The position numbers and the translations under genes are program-made. A model generated the notes under the pieces. It made no database searches and was not told the origin of the DNA. It saw only the letters and a list, made by a program, of their open reading frames with translations. A stretch of 64,000 nt of DNA from an uncultured Actinomycetes bacterium. GTDB taxonomy: Bacteria > Actinomycetota > Thermoleophilia > UBA2241. Numbering within the stretch: position 1 is the first letter of the stretch; the number at the start of each line of letters is the position of its first letter. The stretch is taken from assembly GCA_963725665.1 (NCBI GenBank), contig CAVRZA010000004.1, positions 160,001 through 224,000 on the forward strand, read 5' to 3'. Below are positions 10,526 through 18,749 of the stretch, piece by piece.

Positions 10526-11647
10526 CTAGCCCCAGACTCGCTTCGCGGTCTCGACCACGAGCCTGAGCTTGGCCTTCTCTTCGTCGACGGTGAGCTCGTT
10601 TCCCACGAGCGAGGTGGCGAACCCACACTGCGGCGAGAGGGCCAGGCGATCGAGAGGAACGTAGCGCGCCGCCTCACGAATGCGCGCCTCGAGGTCGGCG
10701 CTCTTCTCCAGTCGGCCCGTCTTGGTCGTCACTAGTCCCAAGACGACGCTCATCTCCTCGGGCACCGTGCGCAAGGGCGCAAAGTCGCCCGAGCGCTCAT
10801 CGTCGTACTCGAGTAGCAGGCGCTGCACGGGAACGCGACCGAAGAGGCGGTCGGCGAGCCAGTCCCAACCGCCGGCGACAAGCCAGCGGCTCATCTGGTT
10901 CCCCTTGCAGAGGTGCATGGCGAAGGTCACACCGGGATGGTCGCCGACCACCAGCTTGTCGAGCTCGGCGCCCATCTCGATCCAGCGTTCCGCCGGCCAA
11001 CCGCGCTGCTCGTAGAACTCGCGGTAGCCGGGGTCGACGAACAACGGATAGTGTGGTGCGTCGAGCTGGATGTAGGTCGCGCCTAGACGCACGAGCTCGT
11101 CGACCTCTGCGCGCAGGATCTCGGCGACGTCACCCAAGAAGTCCTCGACCCGGGCGTAGGCGGCCGTCGAGCGCCTCGGATCCCAGAAGTTGGCGAAGAG
11201 GCTCGGGCTCGGCAGCGTCACCTTGAGGATGCGGTCGGTGCGGCGGCGCGCATAGGCGAACTCGGCCGCCGACAGGAAGCGGCGGGGGCGCAGCTTGTCG
11301 ACGACTGCGATCGCTGGGCGCTCCACCGTGCGTCGACCGAGCTCGTCGCTCTGCCACGTGCCCCACAGGAAGGCGTCGATGTCCCACTCGCCGAAGCCTT
11401 CGACGGCCTCAGTGAGCTGACTCTGGAAGGAGAGGCGACGCATCTCGCCATCGGTGAGGACGTCGAGGCCGGCCTCTTCTTGGAGCTGCAGTGCCCAGTC
11501 GACGGCGGCGTCCTCGGCGCGAGCCAGCTCCGCAAGGGCGAGCTCACCGCGGTCGTAGCGCGCCCTTGCCTCGAGGAGCTCGGGAGGACGCAAGAGGCTG
11601 CCGACGACGTCCGTCCTTGCCTGAGCGGGGTTCAAGGAATCGCTCAT
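10526..11647 (-). CDS. Cobalamin-independent methionine synthase II family (MetE catalytic-domain-only, YxjH-like)
   Basis: VVGSLLRP, TDGEMRR, IQLDAP, Zn ligands HLC...LEYD...SPQCGF. Single barrel of 373 aa. Confidence 0.9.
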   Translation of the reverse strand: MSDSLNPAQARTDVVGSLLRPPELLEARARYDRGELALAELARAEDAAVDWALQLQEEAGLDVLTDGEMRRLSFQSQLTEAVEGFGEWDIDAFLWGTWQSDELGRRTVERPAIAVVDKLRPRRFLSAAEFAYARRRTDRILKVTLPSPSLFANFWDPRRSTAAYARVEDFLGDVAEILRAEVDELVRLGATYIQLDAPHYPLFVDPGYREFYEQRGWPAERWIEMGAELDKLVVGDHPGVTFAMHLCKGNQMSRWLVAGGWDWLADRLFGRVPVQRLLLEYDDERSGDFAPLRTVPEEMSVVLGLVTTKTGRLEKSADLEARIREAARYVPLDRLALSPQCGFATSLVGNELTVDEEKAKLRLVVETAKRVWG

Positions 11648-11855
11648 GGCAATACTGATACCCGGATGGTTCGCGACTCAGTTGACGGCACACTGTTCGG
11701 CTTCGAGCGCCATGACGGCGTCGGGCGAGAAGGAGGGATCTGGTCGGCCGTGCCTCGTGGCAGGCAGGAGTCGGGCCGATCGTCTTCGTATTCCACACCA
11801 GCGCCACACGCGGGTCGGTGCGCGAGACGAGCTTTCGGCGCCGAAAGGCGGTGTC

Positions 11856-13964
11856 ATGGATAGAAGCGAGTTCCACGCTCCCGGTGCGGGCCGGGTCGTC
11901 ACGACGCGGGATGGCTACGCCGCGTTCGTGCCGGCACGCCTGCCGCCCAGGCTCACCATCACGAAGGAGCTCGCCCTGGCGCTATCGCGCGCCGACGCCG
12001 CCCTGGGGGAGCTCTCGGGCGTCGGCGGCGAGCTACCCGATCCGCAACTGCTCGACGCCCCGTTCAAGCGTCAGGAGGCGCTGTGCTCGTCGCGCATCGA
12101 AGGTGCCGAGGTGACCTTCTCCGATCTGCTGCTCGACCAGGTCTCGGCGGCGCGCCCGAGCGTTCCTCGCGATCATCTGCGCGAGGTGCGCGATTGCGTT
12201 GCGACGCTGCGCTACGGCGTCGCCCGACTCGAGGAGACGTCCCTCTCCCTCGACCTGGTGCGCGAGCTGCACGAGCGGCTGTTGCGCGGCGATATCGGCG
12301 ACTTCAGGGCGCCGGGCCAGTTCAGGACGTCGCAGAACTGGATCGGCCCGCCGGGCGCGACGCTGGCGACCGCGACCTACGTGCCGCCGCCCGTGCCGGA
12401 GATGCTGCAGGCACTCGAGGACTTCGGCGCCTTCCTGCAGGAGCGCGGACGGCTGCCCGACCTGATCCAGTGCGCCATGCTGCACGAGCAGTTCGAGGCC
12501 ATCCATCCGTTCGTCGGGGGCAACGGGCGTCTCGGGCGTCTGCTCATCACGCTGTTCCTGATCGATCGCGGGCGTCTCACCCGCCCCTTGCTGTATCTCT
12601 CCGCGTTCCTGGAGGGGCACCGCGACGAGTACTACGCCCTTCTCCAGCGCGTGCGCACGCATGGCGAGTGGGTACCCTGGCTGGTCTTCTTCGCGAACGG
12701 CGTCCGCGAGACGGCCGAGCGCGCGACGAAGCAGGCCCGCGCGCTCATCCGGCTCCACGCTCGCTTCAGCTCCGAGGTGAAAGGACGCGAGCGGACGCTC
12801 GCCCTCGAGTTGTTCCGCACCCCGTGCATGACGGCGCCCGAGGCCCGCCGCGTCCTGGGGATGGCCAAGGGGAAGGTGCGGCGGGTGATCGGTGAGCTCG
12901 AGACGAAGGGGCTGCTGGTGGAGTACGCCGAGCCCCGCAAGCCGCGCGTGTATCTTGCCGGCCCCGTCCTCGAAGCCGTCATGCACCCCCTCGAGGAGCT
13001 GCGACACCGGCCCGAGGTGGTCGCGCAAGGCGCCGCTATCAAGTCGGGGCCGCCTCCGGCCGGGGTGCCCGTGCGGCGCGCCGACCGCTTGATGAGGGAG
13101 GCGATGGCCATTGTCGACACCGCGAGGGAGCATGGGGCGCAGCTTCGCCTCGTCGGAGGTCTGGCCGTCCGGCGCTACTGCGTCGATCTCGACTTCATCG
13201 ACCGCGAATACTCGGACATCGATCTCGTGGGCCTCTCCGAGCAAGCCCGCGAGCTGGGCGAAACCTTCGCGGGCCTCGGCTACGTGGAGAACCGCTACGT
13301 CAGCCAGGCGACCGACTCCGGCCAGGTGCAGTTCATCAAGGCCGACGCGCTGAAGGCGGCGTCGGTGCCCGCGGCGGCGGCCGCCGCCGTGGGCGCCGAC
13401 GCCACCCCGACCGCGGCCGCGGCGGGCACCCAGTCGGTCGAGCCCCCCCTGGTCGACCACGTCGACATCTTCCTCGACGTGATGCGCATGGATCACGACA
13501 TCGACGTCAGCGGGCGGCTCGACATCGACGAGTACGCCGTCTCGCCGGTCGACGCCCTCATCGCCAAGCTGCAGATCGGCAGGATCAATCAGAAGGACGT
13601 GCACGATGTCATCGCGCTCCTGAAGGACCTGCCGGTGCGCGAGATCGTCGACGACGCGTCGCTCGACCTCTCCTATTTCGCCGACGTCTGCGCGCGTGAC
13701 TGGGGTCTCTACCAAGACATCAGGGCGAACCTCGATGTGGTGCTCGAGCGGCTTGGCGACTACGGCCTCTCCGAGGATGAGCGGGCGACGGTCCACGGTC
13801 GCCTTGCGGCGATCATCGCGGCCATCGAGGAGAAGGCCAAGTCGCTGCGCTGGCGGTTGCGCGCTCGCGTCGGCAAGCGGGTAGCCTGGCGGCGCGAGAT
13901 CGAGGACACGGAGGGCGCCATGGTCATCGCCCCCGAGTGGGATTGGCGGCGCGACCTGGGCTGA
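11856..13964 (+). CDS. Fic-domain protein fused to a C-terminal nucleotidyltransferase-like domain
   Basis: SSRIEG inhibitory motif, HPFVGGNGRLGR, HTH, then LRLVGGLAV...YSDIDLVG. Confidence 0.85.
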   Translation: MDRSEFHAPGAGRVVTTRDGYAAFVPARLPPRLTITKELALALSRADAALGELSGVGGELPDPQLLDAPFKRQEALCSSRIEGAEVTFSDLLLDQVSAARPSVPRDHLREVRDCVATLRYGVARLEETSLSLDLVRELHERLLRGDIGDFRAPGQFRTSQNWIGPPGATLATATYVPPPVPEMLQALEDFGAFLQERGRLPDLIQCAMLHEQFEAIHPFVGGNGRLGRLLITLFLIDRGRLTRPLLYLSAFLEGHRDEYYALLQRVRTHGEWVPWLVFFANGVRETAERATKQARALIRLHARFSSEVKGRERTLALELFRTPCMTAPEARRVLGMAKGKVRRVIGELETKGLLVEYAEPRKPRVYLAGPVLEAVMHPLEELRHRPEVVAQGAAIKSGPPPAGVPVRRADRLMREAMAIVDTAREHGAQLRLVGGLAVRRYCVDLDFIDREYSDIDLVGLSEQARELGETFAGLGYVENRYVSQATDSGQVQFIKADALKAASVPAAAAAAVGADATPTAAAAGTQSVEPPLVDHVDIFLDVMRMDHDIDVSGRLDIDEYAVSPVDALIAKLQIGRINQKDVHDVIALLKDLPVREIVDDASLDLSYFADVCARDWGLYQDIRANLDVVLERLGDYGLSEDERATVHGRLAAIIAAIEEKAKSLRWRLRARVGKRVAWRREIEDTEGAMVIAPEWDWRRDLG

Positions 13965-14255
13965 CGATGCCCTCGGCGAGCGTCGGCCCTCCGGGCTGTC
14001 GCTCGGCTGCCCGCGTCCACTCCGTCGCCCCACCGCACACTCTCGTTGCCGCGCGCCGCCCATTCCTCGTCACCTCGCCCCGGCCGATGCTCGACCTCGC
14101 GGAGTCGCGGTGGGTCTAGTACTCGCTCGCCGCCACGGTCCGCGTGCGGACAACGCTTCTTCTGCGATTTTCGGCGCCGAAACGTTCAAGCGCCTGCGTC
14201 GCGATGCCGATTGAGAGGGAGGTGAGAAACCCTGGCCTCTGGCGAGCCTGCGAGT

Positions 14256-15899
14256 GTGAGCGTGGATATCGAGAGCCTTCCCGACACCTTCCTTGACGAC
14301 CTCCGAAACGGCGAGCGCGATGCGTTCGTCCACCTCTACCAGCTGTACCGTCTGCCCGTCTACGACCTCGTCCGGCGCCTTGCGCACGGTAGTCAGGACG
14401 CTGTCGCCATCGTGCGTGAGGTCTTCGTCGCGGCCTACAGCCAGATTCTTCTGCACAACGGCCCGATCGACCCGCGACCCCTGATCTACAGAGTCGCCCT
14501 CGACACCTGTCACGATCACGCCGGCACCACCGATGGACGCGGCGAGCGAGCTCACCTTGTCGCCCTGCCACAACCCGGGGAACGCAAGCAGAACGAACTC
14601 GGCCGGCGCTTCGAGCTGGCGTTGGGGACGCTTGGCGAGCGTCAGTACACGGCGCTCCTTCTCCACGACGTTCACGGGCTGCGTCACGACGAGACGGCGG
14701 CGGTCCTCGGCCTGTCGATCGAGGCGACGCTTGCGCTGTTGTTCAGGGCGGGCGAGGAGTTCCGTCGCTCATTCGAGGATCTGTCGAGTGGCCAGCTCGA
14801 CGGGAGTTGCCGGCTGGCGGAGACGGCCGCCGCGAGCGCGGTGGGCCGGCGAACCTTGCAGGCCGACGAGGTGCGCAGGCTCCGCGAGCACGCCGGGTAC
14901 TGCCGCCAGTGCCGCATGACGATGGCGACGTGGGGTTCGGGCCCGGTCGGCTTGGCCCTCTTCCTCAAGGAGGCTTCGCTGCCAAAGGTGCTCCAGGCGG
15001 CGCCCGTGTTCGGGATCTTTGGCTCGGCCGGCGACGCCGGCGCGCCTGCACGCGGGGCCACCGGCCCCGCGAAGGCGAGCACCGGCGTCGCCGGCTCCAG
15101 CCTGACTCTGCTGGCTGTCGTCGGCCGGGCTCTGGCGAGCAAGACGGCGGCTTACGTCGTCGCCGCCGTCTGCCTCGGCGGCTTCATCGGCCTGGCCGCA
15201 TACGTATCGGGGCATGACTGGCCGCCGGCGCCGCCGGCCGCCGCTCCCGCCGCTCGCGCTGCGGCGGGATCGACGCGGCCGGTCGGAGCGGCGTCGCTCG
15301 CTCGCAGTGGGCGTAGCACTGTGGCGAGCAACCCGGTCGGCAACGCAACGACCGCCCATGCGCCCACGTTCGCCCGCGCGACGAGTGCGCTCAAAGTGGC
15401 GTCGCCGGCTCTGGCCCAGGTCGCGTTTGTCTCGACAAGCGATGCGCAGTCCGCTCAGCCGGAACGCTCCGCGGGTGGCGACACGTCGACTGGCGACGGA
15501 GCAAAGGGCGACACAGCAGAAGGCGGCGGATCGAGGGACGCCACGCAGGTCGGCCACGAGGAGGAGTGGGGCAGCGGCCCAGTGGTCATGGACTTCGGCG
15601 CGTGGCGCGGCGTCGCGCTGGTGTTCGGCGCCCGCCACGGCCACCGTTACAGCACCCGTGCCGGCCACGGCCATAGCAGTGGCGAGGCCGTGAAGCCCGC
15701 GACGCGGGCATGGTCGAGACCGTTCCCGCGCGGGGAGAAAGCCGAGAGACACCGGAAGACCGAGAAGAGCTGGAGAACTGAGCGGGTCGTGAAGGACGGG
15801 AGAGCTCACAAGGTCGACACACCCGACGAGCCCGACAAACCCCACAAGCACGACAGGTCCCACAGGCACGACAGGCACGACAAGTCCAACAAAGGCTAG
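14256..15899 (+). CDS. ECF sigma factor fused to a zinc-finger (ZAS-like) domain, TM helix and low-complexity tail
   Basis: Sigma region 2/4-like N-terminus (GERDAFVHLYQLYRLPVY; RQYTALLLHDVHGL), HAGYCRQC, hydrophobic helix, His/Lys/Asp-rich C-terminus. Confidence 0.75.
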   Translation: MSVDIESLPDTFLDDLRNGERDAFVHLYQLYRLPVYDLVRRLAHGSQDAVAIVREVFVAAYSQILLHNGPIDPRPLIYRVALDTCHDHAGTTDGRGERAHLVALPQPGERKQNELGRRFELALGTLGERQYTALLLHDVHGLRHDETAAVLGLSIEATLALLFRAGEEFRRSFEDLSSGQLDGSCRLAETAAASAVGRRTLQADEVRRLREHAGYCRQCRMTMATWGSGPVGLALFLKEASLPKVLQAAPVFGIFGSAGDAGAPARGATGPAKASTGVAGSSLTLLAVVGRALASKTAAYVVAAVCLGGFIGLAAYVSGHDWPPAPPAAAPAARAAAGSTRPVGAASLARSGRSTVASNPVGNATTAHAPTFARATSALKVASPALAQVAFVSTSDAQSAQPERSAGGDTSTGDGAKGDTAEGGGSRDATQVGHEEEWGSGPVVMDFGAWRGVALVFGARHGHRYSTRAGHGHSSGEAVKPATRAWSRPFPRGEKAERHRKTEKSWRTERVVKDGRAHKVDTPDEPDKPHKHDRSHRHDRHDKSNKG

Positions 15900-15952
15900 G
15901 GGGATCGGCCTCGCACCAGGACACCGGAGTCCCGTCCCGACCGACCCTCGAG

Positions 15953-17407
15953 GTGCAGAGCCCCGCGCAGGAGCTGATCACTCTGAACTCCACCGCCTTC
16001 TCGTCACTCGAGCTCGAGACCGTACTCAAAGCGGGGCTCGACCGGGTCGTGGGGATCCTCGGCGCCGACGGCGGCTGGATCGGCCTCGGCGACGAGCGCT
16101 TCCTCGAGGTAGTCTGCCGCTGTGGCGTCTTCGGCGACCGTGCCGAAGCGATCGTTGCGGTCGAGAACGACGTCGTCGGGCGCGCTCTCAGGGAATGGGA
16201 ACCAGTGCTCGTCCAAGACGCCGCGGCCAGCCCGTGGGCTCCTCGTCCCCTCCTGCGTGAGGGCGTCGCTACCCTTGTCGTCCTTCCGCTGCAAACGCAC
16301 GGCTCGGCGCTCGGCGTGCTGGTCGTGGCCAGCCGGCGGCCGCGGGACTACTCGTCCGGTGAGATCGACAGCGCGCGTGCGGCCGGGAACGAGCTGGCGT
16401 CGGCGATCGAGCGTGCCCTGGTCTTTCGTGGACAGCTCGATCGCATCGAGCGCCAGCGGCTCGTGCTCGAGGCGGCCGAGACGATCAACCGCAGCCTCGA
16501 CTCGTTCTCGCTCGAGTCCACCATCCTCGCCGAGGCGGCGCGCCTGGTGAGGGCTCCGAAGGCGGCGCTGCTCGCGGTCCGCGGCGACGTGCTCGTCGCA
16601 CAGGAGGTGTATGGGTTCGGCGACAAGTTCAAGCGCCTCTTCGTCGTGCCGCTCGAGGGCTCGCCCTTCGCCCGTGCGGTCCTCAGCGGCGAGACGGTGG
16701 CCGCTGAGGACGTCGACCCAGACGAGGTGGGCGAAATGGACATCGCCGGGAAGGAAGGCTACCGGGCGTTCCTCACGGCGCCCCTCCGGAGCCACAGAGG
16801 CACCTACGGCGTCCTCGCTCTCTTCTACGACACTCCCCGCTCTTTCGTCGACGACGAGAAGGTGGTGTTGCGCACCTTCGCGATTCAGGCCGCCATCGCG
16901 CTCGACAACCGGCGCCTCATGCGGGAGAAGGACCAGATGGCCGTGCGCGACGGGCTCACCGGCGCCCACAACCGCAGCTACCTGGAGTTGACGCTTGAGC
17001 GCGTCGGAAAGGAGCTGCGTCGCAACGGCGGTGTCGTGAGCATCCTCTTCGTCGACCTCGATGGCCTGAAGAAGGTCAACGACAACCACGGTCACCGGGC
17101 GGGTGACGAACTTCTTCGCCAGCTTGCGACCCTTCTGATGGAGAGTTGTCGCGCGACCGATATCGTCGCTCGCTACGGCGGTGATGAGTTCGTGGTGCTC
17201 ATGCCGGGAACGGACACCGAGGGCGCCGGGCACGTGGTCCTCAAGGTTCAGGAAGCGATCGCACGCTACAATGCCGCCGCAACCGGACCGCTGCGGCTGT
17301 CGGCGAGCATCGGCGTGCACACCGCCGGCGCCGACGAGGTCGCCGACCTCCTAAACGAGGCCGATCGCCGTATGTACGCGACAAAGCGGCGCCGCGCCCG
17401 CGGTTAG
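15953..17407 (+). CDS. GAF-GAF-GGDEF diguanylate cyclase
   Basis: Two GAF repeats, DGLTGAHNR, RATD I-site, RYGGDEF. Confidence 0.9.
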   Translation: MQSPAQELITLNSTAFSSLELETVLKAGLDRVVGILGADGGWIGLGDERFLEVVCRCGVFGDRAEAIVAVENDVVGRALREWEPVLVQDAAASPWAPRPLLREGVATLVVLPLQTHGSALGVLVVASRRPRDYSSGEIDSARAAGNELASAIERALVFRGQLDRIERQRLVLEAAETINRSLDSFSLESTILAEAARLVRAPKAALLAVRGDVLVAQEVYGFGDKFKRLFVVPLEGSPFARAVLSGETVAAEDVDPDEVGEMDIAGKEGYRAFLTAPLRSHRGTYGVLALFYDTPRSFVDDEKVVLRTFAIQAAIALDNRRLMREKDQMAVRDGLTGAHNRSYLELTLERVGKELRRNGGVVSILFVDLDGLKKVNDNHGHRAGDELLRQLATLLMESCRATDIVARYGGDEFVVLMPGTDTEGAGHVVLKVQEAIARYNAAATGPLRLSASIGVHTAGADEVADLLNEADRRMYATKRRRARG

Positions 17408-17556
17408 CTGCGGGGTGCGCCGGGCGCTCGGCTGGCTGCCATCGCGTCGGTCGCCCCCGGCCGTGCGGCGCGCGGCCCCGAGCAGTCTTGTCGTCCACCT
17501 CTCAGGCCACGGAGGAGGGACATGATGAGGGGATATGCTTGCAGGCGGAGCCATCG

Positions 17557-18219
17557 ATGACGCAGCGTGTCGTGACACACGAACAGGCGCGGCGCATCTA
17601 CGACGTCATCGGCCGGGGGCAGGACACGCGACCGCTGAGCGAGCGCCGCGCCCTCGACGAGCTGGCGCGGCGCTGCGCCTTCGAGGCGGCGACGGCCGTC
17701 GTTGAGTTCGGCTGCGGGACGGGACGCTACGCGGCCGAACTCCTCCGCACGCGTCTGTCCGCCGAGTGCCGCTACCTGGGCATCGACGTCAGCCCCAAGA
17801 TGGTCGGGCTCGCGAGCGAGAAGCTGGCACCCTGGGCGACGCGGGCCAGGGTCGTGCTGACGGACGGATCCCCGCGGCTGTCGGAGCCCGACGGCTCCTG
17901 CGACCGCTTCATCAGCACCTACGTGATCGATCTACTAAGCGGCGAGGAGACGGCGGTGGTCCTGGCGGAGGCGCACCGTGTGCTGCGCCCCGGTGGTCTC
18001 CTGGGGCTCGTCAGTCTGACATGTGGTGCGACCCTCTCGGCGCGGATGCTCACCGTGGCGTGGCAGCGACTGTGGGCGGTCCGCCCCTGGCTGCTCGGCG
18101 GCTGCCGCCCGATCGAGATCACGGGGTTTCTCTCGCCGGCCCAGTGGTCGCTGCGCGATGAGTCGAGCGTGGGCAAGTACGTCCTGACGTCCCAGGTCGT
18201 GGTGGCGGAGCGGATCTAA
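17557..18219 (+). CDS. Class I SAM-dependent methyltransferase
   Basis: VVEFGCGTG, GIDVSPKM, HRVLRPGG. Confidence 0.85.
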   Translation: MTQRVVTHEQARRIYDVIGRGQDTRPLSERRALDELARRCAFEAATAVVEFGCGTGRYAAELLRTRLSAECRYLGIDVSPKMVGLASEKLAPWATRARVVLTDGSPRLSEPDGSCDRFISTYVIDLLSGEETAVVLAEAHRVLRPGGLLGLVSLTCGATLSARMLTVAWQRLWAVRPWLLGGCRPIEITGFLSPAQWSLRDESSVGKYVLTSQVVVAERI

Positions 18220-18310
18220 GACGCAGCCGCCCCGGCCACCTGCCGGGCGGTGGCGAGGCGAGATACGGGAGGGACTCGGACTGGCCCCCCACGGGCGGCA
18301 AGAGGGCAGC

Positions 18311-18456
18311 AAAAAGCCCGCCGCACTATCTGCAGTTCGCCGCACGGGTCTCCTCTTTGCTTCTCGGGACCGAAGCCCCTTGGGAGTAGATCCCTTGCGG
18401 GGTCTGCTCCTCACGAAGAGGATCTCCGCCGCGTCCCACAAAACGTGACGGCGGGC
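18311..18456 (-). ncRNA. Putative structured small RNA (~146 nt), copy 1, family unknown
   Basis: 5' GCCCGCCG pairs with 3' CGGCGGGC followed by UUUUU. Internal hairpins with GCAA and C(UUCG)G loops. Promoter directly upstream. Confidence 0.7.
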
Positions 18457-18463
18457 AAGCGGC

Positions 18464-18492
18464 ACTCTAGTTGTCCGTCAACGGCGATGCAA
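18464..18492 (-). promoter_or_regulatory. Sigma70-type promoter TTGCAT-N17-TAGAGT
   Basis: -35 at 18492-18487 and -10 at 18469-18464, 7 nt before the paired RNA 5' end. Confidence 0.65.
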
Positions 18493-18749
18493 TACCAAAA
18501 GCCTCGGCCTCTCGCAGAGGGTTGGCTTTCGCCGCCGCCTGGGGGCGGGGCTCATGGTGGGGTCGAGATGGCGCGGGAGCAGCGAAGGTGCACGCACGGG
18601 TTCCGGGGTGGGCCGAGAGTGCGGGGCTCACCGGCGGCGCGTGTCCGCACTCGGGGCGTGGGTCCTCGTCAAGGGTGGTGTCTGCGGCGCGAGTGGTAGT
18701 TGCGGCGCGAGCGCTCTTGCGGCCGGGGCGCCGGTCCCGGCGCGCGCGG

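Larger units (their letters stand above)
18279..18567. repeat. 289-bp direct repeat, copy 1
   Basis: Matches 22882..23170 except two substitutions (18480 a/g; 18551 c/t). Confidence 0.95.

Noticed and set aside
18311-18456. Glycine riboswitch, SRP RNA or tRNA identity for the repeated RNA
   Set aside because: Only fragments match (GGAGA, GAGAAGCAA). The CUCAGG, CAGG/AGCA and T-loop signatures are missing, and no co-oriented gene lies downstream.
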